Assembly (NCBI RefSeq): GCF_042660085.1
Contig: NZ_JBHSTI010000008.1
Span: 210,001-242,000, forward strand
DNA: 32,000 nt
Reading direction: 5' to 3'
Origin: Longivirga aurantiaca
GTDB taxonomy: Bacteria; Actinomycetota; Actinomycetes; S36-B12; CAIYMF01
The position numbers and the translations under genes are program-made. Shown one piece after another: positions 1 to 10,277 of this stretch (position 1 is the stretch's first letter; each line of letters begins with the position of its first letter). A model generated the notes under the pieces. That model was not told the origin of the DNA and did not search any database. It saw only the letters and a program-made list of their open reading frames with translations.

Positions 1-167
1 CCGGCAAGGGCTCGCCCGAGTGGTGGGTGGCCAACGTCAAGCCCGGACGCGTGATGTTCGAGCTGTCGTTCCCCAACGAGGTAGTGGCACGCGAGGCGCT
101 CACCCGCGCCGCGCACAAGCTGCCCATGAAGTGCCGCATCGTGCGGCGCGAGGCTGGTGACATCTAA
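1..167 (+). CDS. rplP: 50S ribosomal protein L16, C-terminal 54 codons (gene starts upstream of window)
   Basis: Frame from nt 3 reads [57 protein letters not shown] at 165-167 abuts the rpmC ATG. Conserved L16-L29-S17 order. Confidence 0.9.
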   Translation, partial: GKGSPEWWVANVKPGRVMFELSFPNEVVAREALTRAAHKLPMKCRIVRREAGDI

Positions 168-392
168 ATGGCAACCGGGACCAAGCCGACCGAGCTGCGC
201 ACCCTGACCGACGACGAGCTCGTCGAGAAGCTGCGCGAGGCCAAGGCCGAGCTCTTCAACCTGCGTTTCCAGGCGGCCACCGGCCAGCTGGAGAGCCACG
301 GCCGTCTGCGCGCCGTCCGCACGGACATCGCGCGCATCTACACGATCATGCGCGAGCGCGAGCTCGGGATCACCCCTGTGGGTGCCGCGTGA
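168..392 (+). CDS. rpmC: 50S ribosomal protein L29
   Basis: 74-aa ORF with [34 protein letters not shown], typical of L29. Position between L16 and S17. Confidence 0.96.
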   Translation: MATGTKPTELRTLTDDELVEKLREAKAELFNLRFQAATGQLESHGRLRAVRTDIARIYTIMRERELGITPVGAA

Positions 393-679
393 GCGAGAAC
401 AGCGAGAAGGCAGTGACTGAGACCGACATCCGCGGCTCCCGCAAGACGCGCGAGGGGTACGTCGTCAGCGACAAGATGGACAAGACCGTCGTCGTCGCCG
501 TCGAGGACCGCTTCAAGCACCCGCTGTACGGCAAGGTCGTCCGCCGTACGAGCAAGCTGCACGCCCACGACGAGGCCAACGCGGCCGGCATCGGCGACAA
601 GGTCCTCCTCATGGAGACCCGTCCGCTGTCCGCCACCAAGCGCTGGCGCGTCGTGGAGATCCTCGAGAAGGCCAAGTGA
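389..679 (+). CDS. rpsQ: 30S ribosomal protein S17
   Basis: 96-aa ORF. GTG start overlaps the rpmC TGA (GTGA). [38 protein letters not shown] is typical of S17. Confidence 0.96.
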   Translation: MSENSEKAVTETDIRGSRKTREGYVVSDKMDKTVVVAVEDRFKHPLYGKVVRRTSKLHAHDEANAAGIGDKVLLMETRPLSATKRWRVVEILEKAK

Positions 680-724
680 TCCGGGGGCGGGCACCGCAGG
701 GTTTCCGCCCCAAGATCACGAGTT

Positions 725-753
725 TTGGCCCCTGTCCCGGGGCCGACTAGACT
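725..753 (+). promoter_or_regulatory. Candidate spc-operon promoter (-35 TTGGCC, 17-nt spacer, -10 TAGACT)
   Basis: TTGGCC at 725-730 and TAGACT at 748-753 (TANNNT type) lie in the 168-nt gap after rpsQ. A 7-bp GC hairpin (684-690/705-711) precedes them. No experimental support. Confidence 0.3.
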
Positions 754-847
754 CACCAGGTCCTGCACACGTGCGGGGCCGCACCACACATCCGTTCCGC
801 AAGGCTCGGTCAAGCCGAGAACCGGCGCGACAACAGGAGACAGACAA

Positions 848-1216
848 GTGATCCAGCAGGAGTCGCGACTGCGTGTCGCCGACAACACGGGTGCCAAGGA
901 AATTCTGTGCATCCGCGTTCTCGGCGGTTCCGGTCGACGCTACGCGGGCATCGGCGACGTCATCGTCGCCACCGTGAAGGACGCGATCCCCGGTGGCAAC
1001 GTGAAGAAGGGCGACGTCGTCAAGGCGGTCATCGTGCGCACCAAGAAGGAGCGCCGGCGCCTGGACGGGTCGTACATCCGCTTCGACGAGAACGCCGCCG
1101 TCATCCTCAAGGGCGATGGCGAGCCGCGCGGCACGCGCATCTTCGGCCCGGTGGGCCGCGAGCTGCGCGAGAAGCGCTTCATGAAGATCATCTCGCTGGC
1201 TCCGGAGGTGCTCTGA
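848..1216 (+). CDS. rplN: 50S ribosomal protein L14
   Basis: GTG at 848 gives the 122-aa [18 protein letters not shown]... canonical L14 N-terminus, with GGAGA 9 nt upstream. The track ORF start at 725 is an upstream over-extension. Confidence 0.96.
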   Translation: MIQQESRLRVADNTGAKEILCIRVLGGSGRRYAGIGDVIVATVKDAIPGGNVKKGDVVKAVIVRTKKERRRLDGSYIRFDENAAVILKGDGEPRGTRIFGPVGRELREKRFMKIISLAPEVL

Positions 1217-1217
1217 C

Positions 1218-1580
1218 ATGGGCTCGCTGAACATCAAGAAGGGTGACCTCGTCCAGGTCATCACGGGCAAGGACAAGGGCGTCCAGGGCAAGGTCATCGC
1301 CGTCCTGGTCGAGGCCGACAAGGTCCTCGTCGAGGGTGTCAACCGGATCAAGAAGCACACGAAGGTCGGCCAGACCACGCGTGGTGCCAAGACCGGCGGC
1401 ATCGTGACCCAGGAGGCCCCGATCCACGTCTCGAACGTGCAGCTCGTGGACCCCTCGGACAACCGCCCCACCCGCGTCGGCTTCCGTCGTGAGGTGGTCA
1501 CCAAGACCCGTCCCGACGGCACGTCGTACGAGACCTCGCGTTCCGTGCGCGTCTCCAAGCGCACCGGTAAGGACATCTGA
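1218..1580 (+). CDS. rplX: 50S ribosomal protein L24
   Basis: 120 aa with the KOW-type [21 protein letters not shown] motif. Position after L14. Confidence 0.95.
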   Translation: MGSLNIKKGDLVQVITGKDKGVQGKVIAVLVEADKVLVEGVNRIKKHTKVGQTTRGAKTGGIVTQEAPIHVSNVQLVDPSDNRPTRVGFRREVVTKTRPDGTSYETSRSVRVSKRTGKDI

Positions 1581-2158
1581 TGACGACCGAGACCACTGCG
1601 TCCACGGAGACCGCGATCCCGCGTCTCAAGACCCGGTACCGCGAGGAGATCATCCCCACGCTGCGTGAGGAGTTCGCCTTCGCGAACGTCATGCAGGTCC
1701 CGGGCCTCACCAAGATCGTGGTGAACATGGGTGTCGGCGAGGCTGCTCGCGACTCCAAGCTCATCGAGGGTGCCATCAAGGACCTCGCCGCGATCACCGG
1801 CCAGAAGCCGCAGGTGACCAAGGCGCGCAAGTCGATCGCCCAGTTCAAGCTGCGCGAGGGGATGCCGATCGGCGCCCACGTCACGCTGCGCGGCGACCGC
1901 ATGTGGGAGTTCCTCGACCGGCTGCTGTCGGTCGCGCTCCCGCGCATCCGCGACTTCCGCGGCCTGTCCGCGACCCAGTTCGACGGTCGCGGCAACTACA
2001 CGTTCGGTCTCAACGAGCAGTCCATGTTCCACGAGATCGACCAGGACGCCATCGACCGCGTCCGCGGCATGGACATCACGGTGGTCACCACCGCGTCCAC
2101 CGACGACGAGGGCCGTGCGCTCCTGAAGCACCTCGGCTTCCCCTTCAAGGAGAACTGA
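1580..2158 (+). CDS. rplE: 50S ribosomal protein L5
   Basis: 192 aa. ATG overlaps the rplX TGA by 1 nt. [15 protein letters not shown]...NMGVGEA...ITGQKP is typical of L5. Confidence 0.96.
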   Translation: MTTETTASTETAIPRLKTRYREEIIPTLREEFAFANVMQVPGLTKIVVNMGVGEAARDSKLIEGAIKDLAAITGQKPQVTKARKSIAQFKLREGMPIGAHVTLRGDRMWEFLDRLLSVALPRIRDFRGLSATQFDGRGNYTFGLNEQSMFHEIDQDAIDRVRGMDITVVTTASTDDEGRALLKHLGFPFKEN

Positions 2159-2160
2159 CC

Positions 2161-2346
2161 GTGGCGAAGACTGCTCTGATCAACAAGGCGAACAAGAAGC
2201 CCAAGTTCGCCGTCCGTGGCTACACCCGGTGCAACCGCTGCGGCCGTCCGCACTCGGTCTACCGCAAGTTCGGCCTCTGCCGGATCTGCCTGCGCGAGAT
2301 GGCGCACGCCGGCGAGCTGCCCGGCATCACCAAGAGCTCCTGGTAA
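2161..2346 (+). CDS. rpsN: 30S ribosomal protein S14 type Z (61 aa, zinc-ribbon form)
   Basis: GTG at 2161 gives [61 protein letters not shown] with a CxxC...CxxC motif. The track ORF 1903-2346 is over-extended into rplE. Confidence 0.95.
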   Translation: MAKTALINKANKKPKFAVRGYTRCNRCGRPHSVYRKFGLCRICLREMAHAGELPGITKSSW

Positions 2347-2415
2347 CACCCCCCGACGCCGCAGGTCCTGCTCGAGGTACGAGCGGGATACCACGGTGAG
2401 AGAGGCCCTTCGGCC

Positions 2416-2814
2416 ATGACGATGACTGACCCGATCGCAGACATGCTCACGCGTCTGCGCAACGCCAACACGGCGTACCACGACGCAGTCGTGATGCCCC
2501 ACTCGAAGATCAAGGCCGGTATCGCCGAGATCCTCAAGCAGGAGGGCTACATCGCCGGCTGGCGCGTCGAGGACGCCGAGGTCGGCAAGAGCCTCGTGCT
2601 CGACCTCAAGTTCGGCCCGAGCCGCGAGCGCTCGATCGCCGGCGTCCGCCGCGTGTCCAAGCCCGGCCTTCGCGTGTACGCGAAGAGCACCGCGCTGCCC
2701 AAGGTCCTCGGTGGCCTCGGCGTCGCGATCATCTCCACGTCGTCCGGTCTGCTGACTGACAAGCAGGCCGCCAAGAAGGGTGTAGGCGGGGAAGTCCTCG
2801 CCTACGTCTGGTAG
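2416..2814 (+). CDS. rpsH: 30S ribosomal protein S8
   Basis: 132 aa, [17 protein letters not shown]... GAGAGAGG RBS upstream. Confidence 0.96.
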   Translation: MTMTDPIADMLTRLRNANTAYHDAVVMPHSKIKAGIAEILKQEGYIAGWRVEDAEVGKSLVLDLKFGPSRERSIAGVRRVSKPGLRVYAKSTALPKVLGGLGVAIISTSSGLLTDKQAAKKGVGGEVLAYVW

Positions 2815-2832
2815 CGGGAAGGAGTACCAAGC

Positions 2833-3372
2833 ATGTCGCGCATCGGTCGTATGCCCATCTCCGTCCCGTCGGGCGTCTCCGTCGATATCGACGGGTCCAC
2901 GGTCACGGTCAAGGGCCCCAAGGGCACCCTCAGCCACGAGGTCGCCAGCCCCATCGAGGTCGCCAAGGACGAGGACGGCACCCTCACGGTGACCCGCCCC
3001 AACGACGAGCGCCTCTCGCGCTCGCTCCACGGCCTCACCCGCACCCTGGTGTCGAACATGGTCGTCGGTGTCACCGACGGCTACACCAAGGCGCTGGAGA
3101 TCTCGGGCACGGGTTACCGCGTCGTCGCCAAGGGCACGGACCTCGAGTTCGCCCTCGGCTACAGCCACCCCATCCTCATCGAGGCGCCCGAGGGCATCTC
3201 GTTCGCCGTGGAGAGCCCCACCAAGTTCTCCGTCTCCGGCATCGACAAGCAGCAGGTCGGCGAGGTCGCCGCCACGCTGCGCAAGCTGCGCAAGCCCGAC
3301 CCGTACAAGGGCAAGGGTGTGCGCTACGCCGGCGAGGTCATCCGCCGCAAGGCCGGAAAGGCGGGTAAGTAA
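2833..3372 (+). CDS. rplF: 50S ribosomal protein L6
   Basis: 179 aa, [33 protein letters not shown] is typical of L6. Confidence 0.96.
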   Translation: MSRIGRMPISVPSGVSVDIDGSTVTVKGPKGTLSHEVASPIEVAKDEDGTLTVTRPNDERLSRSLHGLTRTLVSNMVVGVTDGYTKALEISGTGYRVVAKGTDLEFALGYSHPILIEAPEGISFAVESPTKFSVSGIDKQQVGEVAATLRKLRKPDPYKGKGVRYAGEVIRRKAGKAGK

Positions 3373-3374
3373 CC

Positions 3375-3755
3375 ATGCCCATCGTCACGAAGCTCGGCTC
3401 GGGCAACAAGAAGGCGGTGGCGCGCAAGCGTCGCCACACCCGGGTCCGCAAGAAGGTCACCGGCTCGGCCGCTCGTCCGCGCCTGGTCGTCAGCCGTTCC
3501 GCCCGTCACCTGTTCGTTCAGGTCGTCGACGACGCGGCGGGCACCACGCTCGCGTACGCCTCGACCATGGAGGCCGACCTCCGCGCGTTCGACGGTGACA
3601 AGAGCGCGAAGGCCAAGAAGGTCGGGGAGCTGGTCGCCGAGCGCGCCAAGTCCGCCGGCATCGACACCGTGGTCTTCGACCGCGGTGGCAACAAGTACCA
3701 CGGCCGCGTCGCGGCCCTCGCCGACGGCGCCCGCGAGGGCGGCCTCGCGTTCTGA
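3375..3755 (+). CDS. rplR: 50S ribosomal protein L18
   Basis: 126 aa with [12 protein letters not shown]...[12 protein letters not shown]...[25 protein letters not shown]. Confidence 0.96.
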   Translation: MPIVTKLGSGNKKAVARKRRHTRVRKKVTGSAARPRLVVSRSARHLFVQVVDDAAGTTLAYASTMEADLRAFDGDKSAKAKKVGELVAERAKSAGIDTVVFDRGGNKYHGRVAALADGAREGGLAF

Positions 3756-3787
3756 CGCGAACGACGAATACGAAGGAAGAGGTAGTC

Positions 3788-4399
3788 ATGGCTGCAGCCC
3801 AGCGCCGCGGAGGCGGCGCCGGCGGCAACGAGCGGGGCGGTCGCGATCGTCGCGACGGCAAGGGTCCCGTGGCGGAGAAGTCCGCCTTCGTCGAGCGCGT
3901 CGTCACGATCAACCGCGTGGCCAAGGTCGTCAAGGGCGGTCGTCGCTTCAGCTTCACGGCCCTGGTGGTCGTGGGCGACGGCGACGGCACGGTCGGCGTC
4001 GGGTACGGGAAGGCCAAGGAGGTGCCCGCGGCGATCGCCAAGGGTGTCGAGGAGGCCAAGAAGAACTTCTTCAAGGTTCCCCGGATCCAGGGCACGATCC
4101 CTCACCCGATCACCGGCGAGGCCGCGGCGGGCGTCGTCCTGCTGCGTCCCGCTGCTCCCGGTACCGGCGTCATCGCCGGTGGCCCGGTGCGCGCCGTGCT
4201 CGAGTGCGCCGGCATCCACGACGTGCTGAGCAAGTCGCTCGGCTCGGACAACGCGATCAACGTCGTCCACGCGACGGTCGCGGCCCTCAAGGGCCTCGAG
4301 CGTCCCGAGGAGGTGGCGGCCCGCCGTGGCCTGCCGCTCGAGGACGTCGCCCCGGCCGCGCTCCTGCGCGCCCGCGCTGCTGGTCTGGCGGGTGCGTGA
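3788..4399 (+). CDS. rpsE: 30S ribosomal protein S5 (with Arg/Gly-rich N-terminal extension)
   Basis: 203 aa. Core [48 protein letters not shown] is typical of S5. Confidence 0.96.
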   Translation: MAAAQRRGGGAGGNERGGRDRRDGKGPVAEKSAFVERVVTINRVAKVVKGGRRFSFTALVVVGDGDGTVGVGYGKAKEVPAAIAKGVEEAKKNFFKVPRIQGTIPHPITGEAAAGVVLLRPAAPGTGVIAGGPVRAVLECAGIHDVLSKSLGSDNAINVVHATVAALKGLERPEEVAARRGLPLEDVAPAALLRARAAGLAGA

Positions 4400-4581
4400 T
4401 GGCTCGGCTCAAGGTCACGCAGCTCCGTTCGGAGATCGGCGGCAAGCAGAACCAGCGCGACTCCCTGCGTTCGCTGGGGCTCAAGCGCATCGGTGACGTC
4501 GTGGTGAAGGAGGACCGTCCCGAGATCCGTGGGATGGTCAACGTCGTCTCCCACCTCGTCAAGGTCGAGGAGGTCGACTGA
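4399..4581 (+). CDS. rpmD: 50S ribosomal protein L30
   Basis: ATG at 4399 overlaps the rpsE TGA by 1 nt. The 60-aa product is [60 protein letters not shown]. It is embedded in the spurious 328-aa track ORF 3595-4581. Confidence 0.94.
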   Translation: MARLKVTQLRSEIGGKQNQRDSLRSLGLKRIGDVVVKEDRPEIRGMVNVVSHLVKVEEVD

Positions 4582-4582
4582 C

Positions 4583-5023
4583 ATGACTCTCAAGGTCCAC
4601 CACCTGCGCCCCGCACCGGGCGCCAAGACTGCCAAGACCCGCGTGGGTCGTGGTGAGGCGTCCAAGGGCAAGACCGCCGGTCGCGGCACCAAGGGCACCA
4701 AGGCCCGCTACCAGGTTCCCGCGTCCTTCGAGGGCGGGCAGATGCCGCTGCACATGCGGCTGCCCAAGCTCAAGGGCTTCAAGAACCCCAACAAGGTCGA
4801 GTTCCAGGTCGTCAACGTCGCCCAGCTCGCCGCCCTCTTCCCCGAGGGTGGCACCGTGGGTGTCGACGAGCTGGTGGCCGCTGGCGCCGTTCGCAAGAAC
4901 CAGCCGGTCAAGGTCCTCGGCAACGGCGAGATCGGCGTGAAGCTGCAGGTCAGCGCCCACGCGTTCTCCGACGTCGCCAAGAGCAAGATCGCTGCTGCCG
5001 GCGGCTCGGCCACCGAGCTGTAG
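4583..5023 (+). CDS. rplO: 50S ribosomal protein L15
   Basis: ATG at 4583 gives the 146-aa [38 protein letters not shown]..., typical of L15. Confidence 0.95.
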   Translation: MTLKVHHLRPAPGAKTAKTRVGRGEASKGKTAGRGTKGTKARYQVPASFEGGQMPLHMRLPKLKGFKNPNKVEFQVVNVAQLAALFPEGGTVGVDELVAAGAVRKNQPVKVLGNGEIGVKLQVSAHAFSDVAKSKIAAAGGSATEL

Positions 5024-5060
5024 GCACCCAGCACCGAGGCGCGCAGCACACCTGCACCTG

Positions 5061-5105
5061 AGAAGGGCGTCCCGGCGTCGTAACCGACGCCCGGGGCGCC
5101 CTTCT
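5061..5105 (+). terminator. Strong hairpin after rplO (about 20 bp stem, one bulge, one G-U, TAAC loop), followed by CGTTTCGG
   Basis: agaagggcgtcccggcgtcg-taac-cgacgcccggggcgcccttct, paired by hand. It lies 38 nt after the rplO stop. Confidence 0.55.
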
Positions 5106-5237
5106 CGTTTCGGCTGTTAGGCTCACGGAGCCTGTGAGGGAGACCTCCTGGGCCCTGCACCACACCGCGCGGCACCGTCGCGCGGCCGGATCGTCGTCAC
5201 ACCGGGACGCCAGTCGGGCGTCCACCAGGAGGGGCTC

Positions 5238-6533
5238 GTGCTTTCCGCGTTCGCGTCGGCGTTCCGTACGCCGGACCTGCGCAAGAAGCTTCTGTTCACC
5301 CTCGGCATCATCGCGCTGTTCCGCCTCGGGTCGGTCGTGCCGACGCCGGGCGTGGACTACACAGCGATCCAGCGATGCATCGAGCAGGTCCAGGACAACT
5401 CGCTGTACGGGATGATCAACCTGTTCAGCGGCGGAGCGCTGCTGCAGCTCTCGGTCTTCGCGCTCGGGATCATGCCGTACATCACGGCGTCGATCATCAT
5501 CCAGCTGCTGACGGTGGTGATCCCTCGGCTCGAGTCGCTGCGCCAGGAGGGTCAGTCCGGCCAGGCCAAGCTGACGCAGTACACCCGCTACCTCACGGTG
5601 GCGCTCGCGATCCTGCAGTCCACCGGCATCGTCGCGCTGGCGCGCGTGCCCGGGCGCCTGTTCTCCGGCTGCAACGAGACGATCCTCGTCAACGAGTCGA
5701 TCGTGCTCATCATCCAGATGATCCTGGTGATGACCGCCGGCACCGCCGTCATCATGTGGCTCGGCGAGCTCATCACCGACCGCGGCGTCGGCAACGGCAT
5801 GTCGCTGCTGATCTTCACCTCGATCATCTCGACGTTCCCCGGCCAGCTCTGGCAGATCTGGACCATCAACGGCATCTTCACCTTCGCGATGGTGCTGCTC
5901 GTGGGTATCGCCACGATCGCGGGTGTGGTCTACGTCGAGCAGGCCCAACGGCGAATCCCCGTGCAGTACGCCAAGCGCATGGTGGGCCGGCGCATGTACG
6001 GCGGCACCAGCACGTACATCCCGCTCAAGGTCAACATGGCCGGCGTCATCCCGGTCATCTTCGCCTCGTCGCTGCTGTACGTCCCGCAGCTCATCGTGCA
6101 GATGTCGGGCAGCCAGGGCTCGTTCGCGCAGTGGCTGCTGCAGAACTTCTCCAACGGCACCGAGCCGCTGTACCTGGTGGTCTACTTCCTGCTCATCCTG
6201 TTCTTCACCTACTTCTACGTCGCCATCACGTTCAACCCCGTCGAGGTGGCCGACAACATGAAGCAGTACGGCGGCTTCGTGCCCGGCATCCGTGCCGGCA
6301 AGCCGACCGCCGAGTACCTCGACTACGTGCTGACCCGCATCACCCTGCCGGGTGCGCTGTACCTCGCGGTCATCGCGATCATCCCGTTCGTGGCGTTCGC
6401 CTTCCTCGGCGTCGGGCAGCGCTTCATCTTCGGCGGCACCTCCCTGCTGATCATGGTGGGAGTCGGCCTCGATACGGTGAAGCAGATCGAGTCCCAGCTC
6501 CAGCAGCGCAACTACGAGGGGTTCCTTCGTTGA
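5238..6533 (+). CDS. secY: Preprotein translocase subunit SecY
   Basis: 431 aa. GTG start has AGGAGGGG 4 nt upstream. LRKKLLFTLGIIALFRLGSVVPTPGVD, multiple TM segments and the C-terminal QIESQLQQRNYEGFL are typical of SecY. Confidence 0.97.
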   Translation: MLSAFASAFRTPDLRKKLLFTLGIIALFRLGSVVPTPGVDYTAIQRCIEQVQDNSLYGMINLFSGGALLQLSVFALGIMPYITASIIIQLLTVVIPRLESLRQEGQSGQAKLTQYTRYLTVALAILQSTGIVALARVPGRLFSGCNETILVNESIVLIIQMILVMTAGTAVIMWLGELITDRGVGNGMSLLIFTSIISTFPGQLWQIWTINGIFTFAMVLLVGIATIAGVVYVEQAQRRIPVQYAKRMVGRRMYGGTSTYIPLKVNMAGVIPVIFASSLLYVPQLIVQMSGSQGSFAQWLLQNFSNGTEPLYLVVYFLLILFFTYFYVAITFNPVEVADNMKQYGGFVPGIRAGKPTAEYLDYVLTRITLPGALYLAVIAIIPFVAFAFLGVGQRFIFGGTSLLIMVGVGLDTVKQIESQLQQRNYEGFLR

Positions 6534-7096
6534 GCAGAGTCGTCCTGATGGGCCCTCCCGGGGCCGGCAAGGGAACGCAGGCAGTCGTCGTCGCGGCACG
6601 CCTCGGCATCCCGCACGTCTCGACGGGCGACATCTTCCGGGCCAACGTCACCGAGGGCACGCCCCTCGGGATCGAGGCCAAGCGCTACATGGACGCCGGC
6701 GAGTACGTGCCGGACTCCATCACCAACGCCATGGTCCGCGACCGGATCGCCCAGCCCGACGCCGAGCCCGGCTTCCTGCTCGACGGCTACCCGCGCACGG
6801 TCGCGCAGGTCGACGAGCTGGCCGGCATGCTGGCCGAGCACGGCACCGCGCTCGACCACGTGATCGAGCTGACCGTCGACGTCGACGAGGTCGTCGGCCG
6901 CCTGCTCAAGCGGGCCGCCGAGCAGGGGCGCAGCGACGACACCGAGGACGTCGTGCGCCGCCGCCTCGAGGTCTACTTCGAGCAGACCGCGCCGCTCACC
7001 GCCATCTACGCCCAGCAGGGCCTGCTCGTGCAGGTCGACGGCATGGGCTCGGTGCAGGACGTCACCGCCCGCGTGCTCGCCGCCCTCGGCGCCTGA
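6530..7096 (+). CDS. adk: Adenylate kinase
   Basis: TTG at 6530 overlaps the secY TGA (TTGA) and gives MSRVVLMGPPGAGKGTQA (P-loop), 188 aa. ATG at 6548 is an alternative start. The track ORF 5375-7096 is over-extended through secY in another frame. Confidence 0.93.
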   Translation: MSRVVLMGPPGAGKGTQAVVVAARLGIPHVSTGDIFRANVTEGTPLGIEAKRYMDAGEYVPDSITNAMVRDRIAQPDAEPGFLLDGYPRTVAQVDELAGMLAEHGTALDHVIELTVDVDEVVGRLLKRAAEQGRSDDTEDVVRRRLEVYFEQTAPLTAIYAQQGLLVQVDGMGSVQDVTARVLAALGA

Positions 7097-7113
7097 CCGA
7101 CTCGTCGTACCCC

Positions 7114-7950
7114 GTGTTCCGCCGCAAGGACCGCATCGAGGTCAAGACGCCCGAGCAGATCCTGCTCATGCGCGCGGCCGGACTCGTGGTCGGCCGCACC
7201 CTCGAGCTCCTGCGCGAGAGCGTGCGCCCCGGCATCACCACCGGGCAGCTCGACGCCATCGCCGAGGAGTCGATCCGCTCTGCCGGCGCGGTGCCGTCGT
7301 TCCTCGGCTACCACGGCTACCCGGCGTCGATCTGCGCCTCGGTCAACGACGAGGTCGTGCACGGCATCCCGGGCGACCGGGTCCTGCTCGACGGCGACCA
7401 GGTCTCGATCGACTGCGGAGCGATCGTCTCGGGGTGGCACGGCGACGCCGCCATCACCGTGGGGGTGGGCGAGGTGTCCGCTGCGCACGTCGAGCTCTCC
7501 CGCGTGACCGAGGAGGCCCTCTGGCGCGGTCTCGCGGCGGCGGTGTCCGGCAGCACGGTGCGCGACATCGGCATCGCGGTCGAGTCGTACGTGCGGGCCC
7601 AGCCCGGCGGCGACGACTACGGCATCGTCGAGGAGTACGTCGGTCACGGCATCGGCACCTCGATGCACATGGACCCGAACGTCCCCAACTACGACCATGG
7701 CGGCAAGAGCCCGTCGCTGGTGCCGGGGATGGCGCTCGCGATCGAGCCCATGGTCTGCGCCGGCGGCCGCCTCACCCGCACGCTCGAGGACGACTGGACG
7801 GTCGTGACCCAGGACGGTCAGCGGGCGTGCCACTGGGAGCACACCGTGGCGATCACGCCCGAGGGCCCGTGGGTGCTCACCGCCCTGGACGGGGGAGCGG
7901 CCCGGTTCGCCGCCCTCGGGGTCCCCAGCCCCGCCGCCGACCGCGCCTGA
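7114..7950 (+). CDS. map: Type I methionine aminopeptidase
   Basis: 278 aa with IEVKTPEQILLMRAAG..., metal-site context VHGIP...D.G...GWHGD...GHGIG...EP, and the secY-adk-map order. Confidence 0.94.
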   Translation: MFRRKDRIEVKTPEQILLMRAAGLVVGRTLELLRESVRPGITTGQLDAIAEESIRSAGAVPSFLGYHGYPASICASVNDEVVHGIPGDRVLLDGDQVSIDCGAIVSGWHGDAAITVGVGEVSAAHVELSRVTEEALWRGLAAAVSGSTVRDIGIAVESYVRAQPGGDDYGIVEEYVGHGIGTSMHMDPNVPNYDHGGKSPSLVPGMALAIEPMVCAGGRLTRTLEDDWTVVTQDGQRACHWEHTVAITPEGPWVLTALDGGAARFAALGVPSPAADRA

Positions 7951-8008
7951 CGGCCCTCGCGCCCGGAATGTCCGGTATGCACCGCCGGTCCGGACCATGA
8001 TCACCGGA

Positions 8009-8039
8009 TTAGTCCCCTGGGGGCTCCCTGGCGTAGACT
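8009..8039 (+). promoter_or_regulatory. Candidate infA-operon promoter (-35 TTAGTC, 19-nt spacer, -10 TAGACT)
   Basis: TAGACT at 8034-8039 is the same -10 hexamer as upstream of rplN. This would give a 5' UTR of about 125 nt. The spacer is longer than optimal. Confidence 0.25.
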
Positions 8040-8168
8040 CGCTCCTCGGCTCACCTGAGTCGCGACCCGTCACGCCCACGGCCCTGCCCAGCAGGAGCGT
8101 GAGCGGTGCGGGGAGCGTCGCTACGAGTCGCCAAGGTAACGCAGCCGACACGGACGAAGTGCGAGGAC

Positions 8169-8390
8169 ATGCCCAAGAAAGACGGTGCCATCGAGCTCGA
8201 AGGCACGATCACGGAGTCTCTCCCGAACGCCATGTTCCGGGTGGAGCTCGACAACGGGCACAAGGTCCTCGCGCACATCAGCGGGAAGATGCGGATGCAC
8301 TACATCCGGATCCTTCCCGATGACCGGGTCGTCGTGGAGCTCTCGCCCTACGACCTGACCCGCGGCCGGATCGTCTACCGCTACAAGTAA
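8169..8390 (+). CDS. infA: Translation initiation factor IF-1
   Basis: ATG at 8169 gives the 73-aa [73 protein letters not shown]. Confidence 0.97.
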   Translation: MPKKDGAIELEGTITESLPNAMFRVELDNGHKVLAHISGKMRMHYIRILPDDRVVVELSPYDLTRGRIVYRYK

Positions 8391-8465
8391 GCCAGCACCA
8401 CCTCCGTCCACCCCTAGACGCACGGGCGCACGAGCCGCCTGGCCCGTACACCCGTGGAGAGACAG

Positions 8466-8579
8466 ATGAAGGTCAACCCGAGCGTCAAGAAGATCTGCGA
8501 CAAGTGCAAGGTGATCCGCCGTCACGGTCGGGTCATGGTCATCTGCGAGAACCCGCGCCACAAGCAGCGTCAGGGCTGA
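8466..8579 (+). CDS. rpmJ: 50S ribosomal protein L36 (zinc-binding C-x2-C-x12-C-x4-H form)
   Basis: Not in the ORF track (too short). Hand translation from ATG 8466 gives [37 protein letters not shown], with TGA at 8577-8579 and GGAGAG RBS upstream. Confidence 0.95.
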   Translation: MKVNPSVKKICDKCKVIRRHGRVMVICENPRHKQRQG

Positions 8580-8758
8580 TCGCAGGCCGGGAGCGATCCC
8601 GGTCGTCGCACCAGCACACGCAGTACCCGACCCCCGCGCAGCCCACGTGCCGCGTGCGGGACGCCACCCTCGGCCCGGAGGCCGAGGACCCACCTAGGCG
8701 GGTGGGACCGGTACTGCTCCGAGACCTCCGGACGAAACTGGAAGAGAGAAACCGCCCG

Positions 8759-9139
8759 ATGGCACGTCTCGTCGGCGTCGACCTCCCCCGCGACAAGCGG
8801 CTCGAGGTTGCGCTCACCTACATCTACGGGATCGGCAAGACCCGTGCTCAGCAGACGCTCGACGCCACCGGCATCAGCCCGGACGTCCGCGTGAAGGACC
8901 TCTCAGACGAGGACCTGATCAAGCTGCGCGACTGGCTCGAGGCCAACTACAAGACCGAGGGTGACCTCCGTCGCGAGGTTGCCGCTGACATCCGCCGCAA
9001 GGTGGAGATCGGTTGCTACCAGGGCCTTCGGCACCGCCGCGGCCTCCCGGTCCGCGGGCAGCGCACGCACACCAACGCGCGCACCCGCAAGGGCCCGAAG
9101 AAGACCGTGGCCGGCAAGAAGAAGGCCGGCAAGAAGTAG
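8759..9139 (+). CDS. rpsM: 30S ribosomal protein S13
   Basis: ATG at 8759 gives the 126-aa [31 protein letters not shown]... GGAAGAGAGA lies upstream. The track ORF start at 8504 is an over-extension. Confidence 0.96.
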   Translation: MARLVGVDLPRDKRLEVALTYIYGIGKTRAQQTLDATGISPDVRVKDLSDEDLIKLRDWLEANYKTEGDLRREVAADIRRKVEIGCYQGLRHRRGLPVRGQRTHTNARTRKGPKKTVAGKKKAGKK

Positions 9140-9210
9140 TAGTCCGACGGTCCTGCGCGCACAGATGCCGCGACCGAAGGGCCGATGACCTCAACCAGAA
9201 CGGATAGTCG

Positions 9211-9618
9211 ATGCCTCCCAAGAGCCGTACGGCTGCGGGCGCCAAGAAGGTGCGCCGCAAGGAGAAGAAGAACGTGGCCCATGGCCACGCGCACATCAAG
9301 AGCACGTTCAACAACACGATCGTCTCGATCACGGACCCGACCGGCGCCGTGATCTCGTGGGCCTCGTCGGGTCAGGTGGGCTTCAAGGGCTCGCGCAAGA
9401 GCACGCCCTTCGCCGCCCAGCTGGCCGCCGAGGCGGCTGCCCGTCGTGCCATGGAGCACGGCATGAAGAAGGTCGACGTGTTCGTGAAGGGCCCGGGTTC
9501 GGGCCGCGAGACCGCGATCCGCTCGCTGCAGGCAGCGGGCCTCGAGGTCGGCACGATCCAGGACGTCACCCCCAGCCCGCACAACGGCTGCCGCCCGCCC
9601 AAGCGCCGCCGCGTCTGA
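9211..9618 (+). CDS. rpsK: 30S ribosomal protein S11
   Basis: 135 aa with [44 protein letters not shown]. Confidence 0.96.
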   Translation: MPPKSRTAAGAKKVRRKEKKNVAHGHAHIKSTFNNTIVSITDPTGAVISWASSGQVGFKGSRKSTPFAAQLAAEAAARRAMEHGMKKVDVFVKGPGSGRETAIRSLQAAGLEVGTIQDVTPSPHNGCRPPKRRRV

Positions 9619-9643
9619 CCCGCGAGAGAGAGACTTTCCCACC

Positions 9644-10270
9644 ATGGCCCGTTACACCGGGGCGGACTGCAAGCGCTGCCGCCGCGAGAAGACCAAGCTG
9701 TTCCTCAAGGGCGCGAAGTGCGATTCGCCGAAGTGCCCGATGGAGTCGCGTCCCTACCCGCCCGGCCAGCACGGCCGCGGTCGTACCAAGGACAGCGAGT
9801 ACCTGCTGCAGAAGCGCGAGAAGCAGAAGTGCGCGCGCATCTACGGCGTGCTCGAGAAGCAGTTCCGTGGTTACTACGAGGAGGCCCAGCGCAAGCAGGG
9901 CAAGACCGGCGAGAACCTTCTCCGCATCCTTGAGACCCGCCTCGACAACGTCGTGTACCGCGCCGGCTTCGCCGCCAGCCGTGACATGGCCCGTCAGCTG
10001 GTCCGCCACGGGCACATCACCGTGAACGGCAAGAAGGTCGACATCCCGTCCTTCCGCGTCTCGGCCAACGACATCGTCGAGGTCCGTGCCGCCAGCCGTG
10101 AGCTCACCCCGTTCGTGGTCGCCCACGCCCAGCTCGGCGAGCGTGCCGTCCCGGCGTGGCTCGAGGTCATCCCCTCGCGGATGCGCGTGCTCGTCCACTC
10201 CCTGCCCGAGCGTGCGGTCATCGACACGCAGGTGCAGGAGCAGCTGATCGTCGAGCTCTACTCGAAGTGA
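9644..10270 (+). CDS. rpsD: 30S ribosomal protein S4
   Basis: 208 aa with [25 protein letters not shown] and the S4 domain [31 protein letters not shown]. Confidence 0.96.
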   Translation: MARYTGADCKRCRREKTKLFLKGAKCDSPKCPMESRPYPPGQHGRGRTKDSEYLLQKREKQKCARIYGVLEKQFRGYYEEAQRKQGKTGENLLRILETRLDNVVYRAGFAASRDMARQLVRHGHITVNGKKVDIPSFRVSANDIVEVRAASRELTPFVVAHAQLGERAVPAWLEVIPSRMRVLVHSLPERAVIDTQVQEQLIVELYSK

Positions 10271-10277
10271 CGTGGGT

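Noticed and set aside
716-2131. 471-aa minus-strand ORF antisense to rplN-rplX-rplE
   Set aside because: It lies opposite unmistakable r-protein genes. Its Arg/Asp/His/Gly/Leu-rich low-information composition is typical of antisense frames in high-GC DNA. It has no recognisable motifs.
4950-6599. 549-aa minus-strand ORF antisense to secY, plus the 573-aa plus-strand ORF 5375-7096 that runs through secY in another frame
   Set aside because: secY and adk account for the region with canonical sequences. Only the last 188 codons of the 573-aa ORF (adk) are real. The rest is Arg/Pro/His-rich frame noise.
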